From NCBI GenBank assembly GCA_964247055.1, contig OZ176052.1, positions 5,704,001 through 5,768,000 of the forward strand: 64,000 bases of DNA, in the 5' to 3' direction. Position numbers and translations under genes: made by a program. The notes under the pieces are model-generated. The model worked only from the letters and a program-made list of their open reading frames with translations. It did not search any database and was not told the origin of the DNA. Each line of letters opens with the position of its first letter. Positions within the stretch are counted from its first letter, which is position 1. Source of the DNA: Paragordius varius (taxonomy: Eukaryota > Animalia > Nematomorpha). Shown here in pieces: positions 52,201-63,711 of this stretch.

Positions 52201-55200
52201 TTTGATGAGAACCATGGCGATGAAACTAAAACTCATATTGTACCTTCAACTATGCCCATACCACAAGAATTACCCAAAATCGAAACATCGCTTGGCCCTG
52301 TGTCATTGGCACAAGTATTAGCTAAAGAAGAAACTTTGATAGGAGATGATGCGTTACTACAACACCTCCCAACCTCAAATGCTATACATATACCCCTGAA
52401 AGAAGAGATTACCCTTGATAAAGTTATCACCGAAACGGTAGAACCGGATGGCTCGACATCCATTCTGGATGAATTGATAACTAAAGAAATGAAACATAAA
52501 AAGTACATATTTATAGGGTTTTTTATAAAAACATAAACAGGTTAGCAAAAATCAATAATTATATCTTTTACATATACAGAGGGGACCACACTGAAGATTT
52601 TGTCGTGGAAGACGAAACGGTATATATAATATTTTACTTTTTATCATTAACCTGGATATATAACCTTATTGATACTAAATTAACTGTTCTTTTTAGAAAT
52701 ATAATTTACCTTCGACCACAAAGGAGCAAGATATATCCGAAACTCCGACTATTCTTACTAGTGCTGCTAGTTCAATAGGTAACAATTTGATATAATCTAC
52801 TTTGTATGACGTTCATATTTCGATTATTAACTATTGATTGGGTTTTAAGGCATTTTTATGTAATAATTTTAAGAAGAAAATAGGTCTTTTTTTAAATTTG
52901 TCTTGTCGTCTACCTATAAACTCTATTTTAATGCATATGCAAAAAGGTGGTGGATCAATGCGGAGAATCATACATCCCAGACCTTAACCTTTATAAACCA
53001 CGTTGGGTGTCCATTATGAATTCTCTCATACAACATATTATAATTGCGTTTTGCACACTGTTTAGTGTAATAATATAATTGTTACTATCCATACTTTACA
53101 ACCTATTTACCACTTTTCTGCGCATATATTAATAATAATAATCTCAATAATCAATGCAATTGTTTTAATATATCATAGTCATTTGGCTTTTAAATTTTGA
53201 CAAAAATACAAGTCAGCTTAGCAATATAATGGTTAATTTAACTCATTAAAATATTTGTTGTAAATATCAGGTGGGAATGTGGATGTATGCTTTTCGTCGT
53301 TTCATACACCTCAACAGTTTGCATGTGCATTTTATTATTGTCTGTAATTTTATTATAATATTAATTTATGCATACCAAACGATGATACTTGTCTTCAAAT
53401 ATAAAGTCCATGATCTTTCAAATATATTATTTCTGTAATACTAATAATTTATATTTTATGTAATAAATTATTTTTTTTAATTTTATAACGTGTGGATAAT
53501 GTATATACTGATTTCGCCAATATAGGCCTGAGAAATGGGCATTGTTCAATTTTTTTCCTTACGAACAGAATTGAATATCAAACATGCTATACATAATATA
53601 AAACCTAAATCCTAGAAAGACGTATTTTAGCGTAAAAAAGCTGTTGAACTAGATGTTCTAACCGCTTTTAAACAGAATATAATATTTTCTTATATCTGTC
53701 AACTCAGTTTTTTGTAAAGTTATTTTTACTCAAAAAATGATATACTTTCATTTCAAAAAAGTATCCTTCAAAAATCGATGATCAGAATGTCATTGTATTT
53801 ATCAGGACTCTCAACCTAGTCTAAAAAATCTTACACCGTTTGTCTATTTATTTTAGCCAATTATAATTTTTCAAGTAACTTTTTTAGCCAGCTACAGTAT
53901 TGTTTAGTTTTTGATTTTGGAATCCATTAACGAACAAAAATCTATAAGATACGCTTCCAAAATATATAATAATCAAACGGTAGCTGAATATTTGACTCAT
54001 CACTGTTGGAAATGTTGTTTTGTTGTAAAACATATATAGTTTACAATACACTAAATAATTGATTAAATTCGAAATTCCCACCAAAATTATTGTGCAACAT
54101 AACTGGTCCTTTTTTGAGGCCGATTTATTTTTAACCTTCTCGTAAGATTTAAAACGTATATTCAAATTATTGTAAATTAAAAGAAGGGACAATTTTGGGC
54201 TATTACATTGCTTGCGGTCATATTGCCTTTTTCTGATATGGAGCACCTACCACAAAAGTTTAAGTAACTTTCTTCACCTTAAGGGCCAAAACCAAAAATA
54301 CCATTATAGTCATAATACATTTTCCTATCAGAGTATATTATTACATCAGGTTATTTGTAATCAACTGCATCAAGTTGGTTTTATAAACTTATATCCATAA
54401 ATATGGTTGCCATTAACCTAATATTTTTTTATTTTTAATTCATCAGAATAAAACAACATTTCCAGCGATTTTGGCCTAAATGTCCCCTTTCTTTAGCCGT
54501 TGAAGTAAGTGATTTAAGCCAATAATTACGATTTAACTTGTTAAAATTTTACGTGGGTCCTTATTATGACATTTTTTCTTTAAACTTTTTTGTAAGTTGG
54601 CCATACACTTTTATTTTGAAAAACATGGATGATTTGTGTTGTTAAGATGTTATGGTTATGGCTTTTAGTAGAAACGAATGATATTTGAAATTAGTTTTAG
54701 GCTAAATATATTACTCTGTTATTTGAAGGAAAATGTGGCAATTAATGTTTGATCCCCTTTGGTAAAGTGCTTGTGAGTTCTTATGTCTCAAAAGACAATT
54801 TAGAATACTACCATATAACTCTACATTTTTGTAAAACAATCAATACCAATCAAAACTAATACTTTAAAAACTAAGTTAACACGCATATAGGATTATGTAA
54901 ATTTTGTATTAGCCGTTTTTTTAAGTTCCAGATATTAGAATTTTCTATTTAATTAAACCTATGCAGTTTAGTTATCGGTTTGAAAACAGTTTTAATCTCT
55001 ATATGCGATGAACTCGTTTAATTTTTTTACAAATTTAATATTTTATCCATACCATATGAAATGAACTAAATTTGCATAGTGATGATAACACATTGGAGGA
55101 AATCAATCAAAATATCTATCGTATTTATATTTTAATAGCAGAAAAACCAAAAACACGATTTTCCATGTTCTATTCATGCTCTATATGCGTTTTTTTCAGT

Positions 55201-58200
55201 ATGAAGCACAATCATTCAAGGCTAGATAAAAAAATAATGATTTTCAATCCTAATATAATTAGCGAACATTTTTACATCATATTTTTTACGATTTTACATG
55301 TTAATTTTGGGGTTTTTATTGCATCTTTGGTTTTTAATAAAATTCCTGTTACACGTCTTTTTTATTAAGTTATTCTGAATTTAAATTTAATGCTCGGCTT
55401 TTTTATGATTCATATTTACCGAAAAAACTAAGCAATAAAATTTTTGCGCAATAGATGCGGTATAAATGAAGGAAATATTTTGATACAAAACAATTTGATT
55501 TTGGATAATATTTTTTTATTCGAAACCGCATTTTTAGTTTTCAAATCAACCAATCTCTATTTTAGCTACAAGATATCGTTTGACTATCATATAATATAAT
55601 TTTCGTAATTTAATGTCCATCTATTATTCATCTATGAATTATCATCATCACGATTCTGAAAAATATGTTTGAGGATGAGGCTTATAGTAATATTTTGCTT
55701 TATGTACCATTTACACTTCAAACTTATCCAAAAATAAATTGTGTTTTTAAAATTAAAAATTACTTATATTTTAAAAAAATGAAATTTTGTTTAAAATTAA
55801 AATAATACTGAAAAATGAATAAACGAGCCATAAAGATGTATTTCATTATAATAATGAGTCATATTAGACCGATAGGTTAAAATTGGTTAAGGGTGAATGT
55901 GAATTGTCCAAGGGTGAATTTGAATTGCTCAAGATGGTATATATAAAATTATTTTTTCATTTTCACTTATCAAATCTTAGAAACAAGTTTGTTTCATTCT
56001 ATTTTAAGCGATTTAGATGTTTAATTTATTTTTTGAAGAATTAGTTCTTAAATTATTGAATTAAAATTTTTTAATTTTTCGCCTCATTAACTCTAACACA
56101 AAAAAATACTAGATGAAATTTGTAATTGAATTATTTTCGTTTTTTTAAAAAAATGGTTTTTGTGTTTATTTAACCATAAAATGATATAACTAAAGCTATA
56201 TATATATATATTAGGAAACATTAAATATTTCAAGAAATATTTTGCTGCTTCTAATCCAGTCAATACTCAATTACAGTTAAAAATTGAAATTAGATAAGAC
56301 AAGACGTGAGAATAAAAAGACAAATAATTTTATACAAAGACATACTTTTTTAACTTAAACTTTTGTTTAAATTTATTGGCAGTTTACATCTTTGTTTCCT
56401 ATTTCGCTCCATAAATGATGGGTCATGTAATTTATAAAAATTAACATTTTAAAACTATTTATTAATTTTCAAAAAAATATTTTTCTTTTAGTTTTTACAT
56501 TTTATCAGTATAATATTTTATGCTGTAAATTATCATGTGTATAAATTAATAACTAATAAGCTCAACACCGCAATTTCATCTATCTATATAATATTTTTAA
56601 AACGAATCCCGACAAAATGGATCCTAAAAATTTTTCGCTTAAAAGAAAAGTTTGCCTCCTGTTCCAATCCCATAAATTTTTTATCAAATGGTTCTGGTTT
56701 CAATTCCTTTTTTATTAATTTGCTATTATCCTGATTATTTGATAAATATCATAAAACTATATAAGGCATAAAAATTAGTTAGCTACTTATCTCTGAAAAT
56801 AGTAAAATATACTTTTTTATGGTTCAAATTAAAATGTTAACAAATTTGAGATTCGAGCTTTATAAAAATAACAGCAGTTCTTGCTAATCTATCAAAAAAT
56901 AGGGTTATTATTGTAGTTAAAAAATTTTGTCTCAAAACGGTACTAAAAAATAGCTTGTAGTTTCATTCCACCACAAAAAATGTTTCCGATAACCCCTGTT
57001 CATGAAATATTTAGAAATTATGAATACTATTAGTATTTATATTTTTAGTTAAAAGCCTTTAACTCTGCTCTATTTGATAGCAAATTTTCAGAATGTTATC
57101 AAGTAAGGACGCTAAATAGTGTTTTAGTGTGTCTACAAATAAGGGATGTCATAGTATATATATATATAAATAAAGTTGGGTATATTTGGAAAAAAATCTC
57201 AAAATTTGTAAGAAAGGAATTTTTATGTAAGCCTGTATGATTTTTTTTAATGTATATATTTTAATTGAGAGAAAACAAAAGAATCTTTAATCATAATTTT
57301 TTTCTGAGTGTAACTCTAAGTAATACCTTTATAGTTCTCTGTTTATATTTTATTGTCTTATTTTATAATAGGTCATATTTTTTAGTAAATTTAAGAGAAT
57401 TACAAGTCTTTAGCTTGACATATATAAATCATGACGTAAATCAGGGGTGTCCAACACAAATGGCTTCGTGGGCTTCGCAAAATTTGTCGGGCAGCATTTG
57501 AAATGACATTTATAAATAATTTATACATTTTTAACATAAGACCAAATTGCCAACGCAATATTACAATTTTCTTTGCCAACTGGATAGACTTATTTACAAA
57601 AAATTTAACGACATATCAACTTTGCTGAAAATTTGTGAACCTATTTTTGCAAATTATGAGTTTCCAAATTTTTTGCGGGCCTCATGTTGAAGACTGGTTG
57701 ATTCTACACCATGATTACTATATGAAGCCTTTTGTTTCAGATTATTTATAATTGTTTGAGTATTTTTTAGGTTATTCTATTTTTATATTCCTTAATCTAC
57801 AATCCTATGTGTCATGAGTAGCCTCTAACAAATTCCCATTAAGCTTTGTCTACTTTTTAAGGATCATTTCTTTTTTAATTAAAAAGAACTCTGCTATAAT
57901 TAAAAACAATTTTAGATATATTACATTGCCTTTTTGATTTTTTACGGATTAAGTAAGGAAGCAACCAATTTATATACCATTTACACTTCAAGTTACCCTT
58001 GAATATAAATTCATCCAAAAATAAATTGTCTGATTGAATATCAAAAATTACAGATATTTCTTTATATTTTTTAAAAAAAATGAAATTTCATTTAAAATTA
58101 ACATACTTAAAAAATAATAAACTATGCTATAAAAAAGAATTCACATTGATGGTGGATTATATTAGCTCGAAAACTATTTTTAGGGTCGATTTGAATCGTT

Positions 58201-61200
58201 TAAGGGTGAATTTGAAGTGTAAATGGTATATATAATACATTTTCAGCTATAAATTTTAAGTAATTTTATTTTCAAATCATAAAATCAATTAAGAGGGTCA
58301 TCAAAATCTTAGTAAAGCATTTTATGATTATATTAATTGGGTGAATCCACGTTTGATTTAACTAAACATGATAAGTGTCGAACCACAAAATTACTTTTTT
58401 CTACCCTTAATATATAGATAAATGTACCGAAAAATATTCGGATCTTCCAGGAGACATTTTAGTTGCAGAATTGCGCAAAAATTACGGAAAACTTGGCATT
58501 AGTTTAGCGGGGAATAAGGACCGAAGCAAACTCAGCGTATTTATTGCCGGCCTACATTCGGACGAAGCTAAATCTATGCTCAAAATTGGTGACGAAATAT
58601 TAGAAGTATATTTTTATAATATAATCCCAATTTAATTACTTCAGACAGCATTTAAATTTATTAAGACAAAGTTTTTTCCAAAGGACCGCTACTATACTAT
58701 ATAAAACTTCATTTTTTTAATATAATTCATATAGTTACAAACTGCAAAATATTAAATAGAGATATATGATAATCAGAAACATATTTTTGGAATTGAATAA
58801 TTTTTATCATTTTCAAATTCACCTTTAAACAATTCAAATTCACCCTTGAACAATTCGAATTCACCCTAATAATAAATTATATGTTTTGAGGATAATATAA
58901 CTCATCATTAATATATATATATCTTTATGGTATAGTTTATTATTCTGTCAGTATTATTTTAATTTTAAACGAAAATTATTTTTTTACAAATATAAAAAAT
59001 TGTAGGTAATTTTTAATATATTAAAACACATAATTTATTTTAGGGTGAATTTGAATTGTTCAAGGGTGAATTTGAGTGTAAATGGTTTATTCGATTTTAA
59101 TTAATTATTTTATTATTTATGATATTTAATTTATACAATAATTTTAACGAAAATTTAGCGGATTAAATATACTAACAATAATTACAAATAGCTTTTTTTA
59201 GTTTTCCTATTTATGTACAATAACGGTGTCTTCCCCTAGGAATTAATTAAATATTCTTCGTTTTTTTTTGTTATACTTACTGTTGTTTGGATGTGAGTAA
59301 TATATTAAATACCATTAAAAAATTTATTTTTAATTATTTTAATTCTTTTTTTTGTTTGAATACCCAATTATATAATAAACTAATTTTGGCCGTATCTGTC
59401 TCAATTACCGAGAACAAATTTGTACTCTGATAAAATAATTTAATTATATTATAAATAAGTTTGCAAACATATTCTCGAATAATTCGAAATTTCCCAGATT
59501 GTGCCACACTTAAAATCCCAGGTATGAGGTTTTAATTTAAGTTTTATATGGTTTGCGTTTTTCGAGTTAAAGTCCATCTTAAACATTAATTTAAGTGGTG
59601 AATCCATTCCAATCTTAATCTCTATTCCATTATCCGAATACAATAATTAATGTTTAATATAAAAACATCTATTTTTATTTTACCATTTCTATTCTCTAAC
59701 ACCTGTTAAAAAAGCACTCATTTCTATAAAAAAAGAAAGCAAAATTTGAAATACAATTTTACCTGTACTTAAAAAATCAATAATATCACACTTTTTTGCA
59801 ATTATTCTACTCATCTATAAGAGAAAGTTTTATATAATAAAAAATGACGAAAATGTATTTTGGAATCAAATAATTATAATCAAATCTAATTATACAATTA
59901 ATTTTGAGATTCTTTTCGGACTCCTACAGTATTTGTTTATTATATTTTATTATGATTATAATTTTTTAAATAAAATATTTTCTAGTTCTATTTTTTTTTA
60001 TAACTTATTCTCAATTAAAATTTTTTTCCTTTCTTACTAATAATAAGTAATATTATATTTTCTTTAAATATATACATGGAATAACAAAAAATTTAATTTC
60101 TATTACATCACATATTCCACATTTATGAAGTTTTTTAAACACTTTACTTATAAACCTTAATATTTCATTATTAAAATAGTATTATTATAGGTATAGGTAT
60201 TATTGGTTGGCCCAGATACTGGGATTCCATGGAAATTTACGATATATATCTCTATCTTTTGTTGCGTTTCGAGGTATGTTTTGGGATTTATAATCTTGTT
60301 CTATGATTTGAATCCAAGTTGTTTTAGGCATCCCTTTTCGGTTGGGGGTAGGGATATGTAAATCAAGAATCTCTTTAGTAAATGAGTCTATATTAGATCT
60401 GTCTATGTGAAGCCAAAATAACGAAGTCTATTTGTTCTGATAATATACTATCATTACCATTTTTATAAGTAGTTTTTTCCCGAAAAATATTGATGATACC
60501 TAATTGGAAAAGATGAGATTTTTGTATTCATAAATATAAATATTGCCAATTTCTTCCAATAGCTAGCTAACTAACTAAAACATTCTCATGTTCCATTTTT
60601 TTGTCTACATACTTATTAATATGCATAAATTAGTTTGACTAATTCCTATTTTTTTCATTCATTTATTTCAAATATTTTTATCACGATTTTCATTTTTATT
60701 ATGTAAATAGTTTTTGCGAATTCTTTTTTTAGTATATAATATGAATCGGACAGATTAGTATTATAGTAAAAAAGAAAAGTGCTATTTTTGGGAATTTTAA
60801 GTTTTTGCTGTTTATTAATTTATTATTCCTCATTCTGTGATCTTTCAATTAAGGTATTCATTCAATTATCGAAATTATATACTTTGTGATTAGTTAATAT
60901 ATATGGACAATCAATTAGATCATTATTAAACAGGAATGCTAAATAAAATCTTAATGCCTTATTACCGGACTTTTTATCTGATTCAGTATTTTTCACAAAC
61001 CAAATTCCTCCTTTATTATGTATATTTAGCCTATCATTTGAACCAACTTTTGAATATCTCGTATAATATTTTTTAATTCTAATAATTACAAACTTTAAAC
61101 CAACCTGGCTGAAAATTGAACAAATAGATACAGTAAAAATTGAAATTATACGGACAAAACATAAAGGTATAAAGACAAATATTATTTTTTAAAAGACACC

Positions 61201-63532
61201 ACTTTTTAAATCTTTATTTTTTATTGATGATTGTTTTAAACTACAAAACTAAAAATAGAGATATTAATTGGTAACTCAACCAATGATGTATTTACGATTG
61301 TAATTAAATGATTTTTAAACGATAAATTAAGGTTTAAAAAGATAAGGTTGTCTTTTGAAAAAAAATTGTCTTTATATTTTAACGTTGTCCGTATAATTTC
61401 AAATTTTACTGTATATATATTTTATGTTTTTTCATTTGTTTTTGGAAAAAGGGATATATTTAGATGTAGAAGAGCTATACGATCGGTTATAAGGGAAGTT
61501 TTATTGATGGATAGATATTATATTTTAATTTTATTATTACGTTTGACCAAGATAACTTGTAGTAATCGAAAATTCATACGTAAATAAATTCAATTATTGC
61601 TCGAATTATAATAATCCCAATATTGAAATAAAATTTACGTTGTGTAACGAGTATGTTTCCATCATATTTTATTGCTTATATATACTTATTATGAGCAAGT
61701 AAAACATAAAAAAATTTCCTACATCACCTTAACATATACATATTTTTAAGCAATTTTAACTAATGATATTTTAAATAAGGGGGTAGGGTTTTTTCACGTT
61801 ATCATTATAGATGATGTACACTGTATCACAATATCATCCCTATATTTCCTGTGTTAGTTTCCTATAATTTTAATTTATGCTAATAAATATTAATTAATAG
61901 TATAGCTTGTGGAATATAGGCAAAGTGTTTTAGTAAAATGCGCCCTGATAATGTGCATTACAGAATATGATTCCCACAACTTTTTTGTACAAACAAATAT
62001 TGATTATATGTTATATCTCTTTTTCGCACATTAAGCATATCCTAATTATAAATATTAATAATAATTTATTTTAATTTATTTCGTTAGAGATTTCCCAGTT
62101 TTATTTGTAAAATTATTTTAAAAATGTTGATATTTTCATATTTCAGGCTAATGATCACATACTTTTTGGGCGAAGTCATTTAAATGCTTCATCTATCCTT
62201 CACAATTTAGCTAATGACATACAACTTACCATTTTAAGGTAAAAAAATAATCCCATTTTAATATTATTTTTTTAATTAACTAATAAATTATATATATTTT
62301 GTGCTTTGTCATAATAAAATTCTTTGTTTTGTGTATGTAATAGACGCCCTAATGCTACCGATCAAATGGCCGTTAAACCACTCAAACCCAAGGACCATTT
62401 AATTAATGTATTTTACCTTAAACCTTTTTTTTCATATATACAAAAATTAAAATTATACGGACAAAACGTAAAAATATAAAGACAAAAATGTTTTTTTTAA
62501 AGACAACCATACTTTTTGAACCTTAATTTATTCTATAAAAATCAATAAATAACCATCGTAAAATATGCAATTTATATAGTTACCAATATACATCTCTATT
62601 TTATACTTTGCAGTTTCAAACAATCAGTTATAATTAAAAAATTCAGGATTTAAAAAGTATTTTTGTCTTTTAGAAAAAAATATTTGCTTTATATTTTTAC
62701 GTTTTGTCCGTATAATTACAATTTTTACTGCACGCCTCAAATATATTTTAATAAAATAATTTTTTGGATATTATTTTTATAGATTAAAACATATAATTTA
62801 ATTTATATAAAGCATTAATTATTCTTGTAATAATTTTCTAAAATAATTTTAGCTATTTTAGGAGTGTAAAAATATTATACATTTCTTTTCTTAATTTTAT
62901 ATTATTTTACACTTTGTTTAATGATAAAATTTAGAAAATGCAATACGAAAATCAACTCACAATCAATTCGACCTCTCAGCAACATGTAAAAATATATTTA
63001 ATTTTTTTTATAAAATACCATAAAAAATATTGAAATTCTTTTTTTTAAAAAAATAAAATTATTATCAACTTTAGGACCCTACATCTCTCACCAAAGGTGG
63101 ATTATCTTCAGTATCAGTTACAAGTATTTTGAACATTTTTTAAAAATAATTTTTTGCTTGTGAAATCTTTATATATTTCGCAAACTTTAGAGAAATCCCC
63201 AATGAAATTGCAAGACAATTTCGATCTCCTCACTTGCAATATCATCCCTGATCAGCCTACATTAATCCACATTGAAAAGCGGGGCCAACCGTTGGGCATT
63301 AGTTTAATGGGTGGTCAAGAAACATTACTTGTATGTCTTTTTTTTGAAAAAAAAATTTTTTTTTTACAAATGACAAAACTTTAAGGAGCTAATATATTTA
63401 TAGTTTGCCTTACAAAATTTAAATTTAAACTCTTATTTTTTCATTCAGGGTTCAATCATGATTGAGGAGATTCATAAAGACGGCGCTGCTCAACGCGATG
63501 GTAGGTTACAAGTCAATGATCTTATCTTAGAA
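21786..63532 (+). CDS. MPDZ: Multiple PDZ domain protein MPDZ/MUPP1/PATJ (L27 + at least 9 PDZ; continues past window end)
   Basis: Phase-consistent exons: 21786-21801, 21828-21949, 21975-22118, 22237-22388, 31011-31256, 32300-32411, 33687-33821, 35784-35858, 36301-36483, 37055-37247, 38020-38111, 38559-38694, 39702-39866, 40437-40646, 41247-41402, 41812-41889, 42352-42545, 43146-43297, 43937-44103, 44586/44589-44726, 45242-45486, 45959-46085, 46458-46642, 46771-46863, 46978-47031, 47280-47365, 47898-48118, 48593-48794, 49054-49170, 49817-50367, 50472-50728, 50824-52502, 52580-52619, 52697-52778, 58418-58605, 62147-62238, 62344-62407, 62935-62985, 63075-63123, 63191-63330, 63449-63532. Diagnostic MPDZ-like peptides: [26 protein letters not shown] (PDZ2), [12 protein letters not shown]...[12 protein letters not shown] (PDZ4), [29 protein letters not shown] (PDZ5), [20 protein letters not shown] and [10 protein letters not shown] (PDZ8), [16 protein letters not shown] (PDZ10-like). 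Confidence 0.93.
25950..26470. repeat. Interspersed ~500 bp repeat family A
   Basis: Its reverse complement aligns with 19190-19690. Boundaries are approximate. Confidence 0.65.
32401..32696. repeat. Tandem duplication of an exon end, splice donor and proximal intron (158 bp period)
   Basis: CCAAAGATATG|GTGGTTAGTTT occurs at 32401 and 32559, each followed by homologous intron sequence. Confidence 0.85.
33293..33526. mobile_element. MITE family E
   Basis: CCATTTACAATTCAAATTCATCCC...GGTGAATTTGAATTGTTCGAGGGTGAATTTGAATTGTAAATGG|TA. Confidence 0.85.
36736..36984 (-). mobile_element. 3' end of an RTE-like non-LTR retrotransposon
   Basis: The minus strand translates [70 protein letters not shown]. 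This matches the RLRxFGHxxR...RGRPxxxW...DRxxWR C-terminal pattern of RTE-type ORFs. Confidence 0.82.
39033..39574. repeat. ~540 bp foldback (long inverted repeat) with a hammerhead-like core in each arm
   Basis: Arms of about 250 bp (TATTAACAGTTGTTAAATCCGT... and ...ACGGATTTAATAACTGTTAATA) around a short spacer near 39300-39335. CTGATGA-GGGCTAACAAGCAC-GAAAC lies at 39443-39468. Confidence 0.85.
42612..42680. mobile_element. Terminal fragment of a family E-related MITE
   Basis: TA|CCATTTGCACTTCAAGAGTGTCCTT...CATTTCAAGTTGGTCC, an inverted match to 645-706. Confidence 0.65.
43350..43638. mobile_element. Possible short derivative of the 3030 hAT family
   Basis: Degenerate TATGGGTGTGA left end, CAACCCTA right end, and TCATGA subterminal repeats as in the 3030-4388 element. 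Confidence 0.4.
44164..44320 (+). mobile_element. tRNA-derived SINE-like element or tRNA pseudogene
   Basis: Pol III A-box-like TGGTATAGTAG (44170-44180), B-box GAGTTCGAACC (44211-44221), T7 at 44235-44241, then a GC-rich stem-loop and an A/T tail. The anticodon and acceptor stems do not pair. Confidence 0.6.
45439..45675. repeat. Local duplication of the PDZ5 exon 3' end and donor
   Basis: CTTATAAAAACGGAACGAGGATTAGGGTTTAGCATCCT (45439) is repeated as CTTATTAAAACGGAACGAGGATTTGGGTTTAGCATCCT (45600). Confidence 0.88.
46123..46399. mobile_element. hAT-like MITE with TAGGGATT-like termini, 277 bp, containing a G19 run
   Basis: TAGGGATTCAAACCG...TTTCGATTCCTA. Candidate 8 bp TSD CTTTTATG / TTCTTATG (6 of 8). 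AACCG repeats present, and the length equals the 5675 element. Confidence 0.6.
46242..46260 (+). repeat. G19 homopolymer
   Basis: Nineteen consecutive G after a T run in otherwise AT-rich intron sequence. Confidence 0.95.
46947..46970. repeat. (TA)n microsatellite abutting a splice acceptor
   Basis: (TA)12 directly followed by TTCTTAG and exon 46978. Other (TA)n tracts lie at about 1469-1494, 2387-2413, 2641-2669, 3000-3029, 4388-4420, 7218-7245, 16939-16966, 22165-22194, 33052-33079 and 40223-40254. Confidence 0.95.
50824..52502 (+). CDS. Giant S/T/P/Q-rich low-complexity exon of MPDZ between PDZ7 and PDZ8
   Basis: 1679 nt stop-free frame containing ORF 50884..52536. Acceptor ttcaatag at 50823 (phase 0) and donor GTACAT at 52503 (phase 2) are both phase-compatible with the flanking exons. 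Confidence 0.8.
55707..55937. mobile_element. MITE family E
   Basis: TA|CCATTTACACTTCAAA...GGGTGAATTTGAATTGCTCAAGATGG|TA. Confidence 0.75.
57442..57700. mobile_element. hAT-type MITE, degenerate inverted copy of the 16700 family
   Basis: Left end CAGGGGTGTCCAACACAAATGGCTTCGTGGGC is the reverse complement of the right end of the 16700-17047 copy. The right end (GCGGGCCTCATGTTGAAGACTGG) is degenerate. Confidence 0.7.
57977..58226. mobile_element. MITE family E
   Basis: TA|CCATTTACACTTCAAGTTACCC...GGGTGAATTTGAAGTGTAAATGG|TA. Confidence 0.85.
58807..59085. mobile_element. MITE family E
   Basis: Tandem 21 bp AATTCAAATTCACCCTTGAAC units at the left end and their reverse complement ending GTAAATGG at the right end. 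Confidence 0.8.
60195..60442 (-). mobile_element. Second copy of the RTE-like 3' end
   Basis: Collinear homolog of 36736-36984 ([27 protein letters not shown]...[16 protein letters not shown]...ATKDRDIYR), with a short TACCTA-type tail. Confidence 0.82.
61131..61411. mobile_element. Tc1/mariner-type MITE (CAGT TIRs, TA TSD), 281 bp
   Basis: TA|CAGTAAAAATTGAAATTATACGGACAA...TTGTCCGTATAATTTCAAATTTTACTG|TA. Confidence 0.85.
62441..62730. mobile_element. Second copy of the Tc1/mariner-type MITE
   Basis: CAAAAATTAAAATTATACGGACAAAACG...GTTTTGTCCGTATAATTACAATTTTTACTG. The interior is homologous to 61131-61411. Confidence 0.8.
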
Positions 63533-63711
63533 GTAAAAAATTAAACATATTTTATGGAAATTATATATTATTAGAGATTTAAAGTCAATTTTGTATAAAA
63601 CAACTACCTATCACAATGTTATAAAATGATTATCGGAAACTAATTAGGTAGATTTAAGAATGACTTTTATGTTAACAAAGGATATCTCTTATATCAAAAA
63701 AATTATATATA

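Noticed and set aside
51680-52508. Overlapping ORFs 51680..51871 (+) and 52233..52508 (-) as dual coding
   Set aside because: They are short shadow frames expected in a long, relatively GC-rich exon.
52930-53190. Minus-strand [17 protein letters not shown] resembling a Mutator transposase C-terminal motif
   Set aside because: The resemblance is short and frameshifted with no TIRs or catalytic motifs nearby; insufficient without a search.
53884-54246. 120 aa minus-strand ORF
   Set aside because: No recognisable motif, it overlaps a dispersed non-coding repeat, and it has no coherent splice signals.
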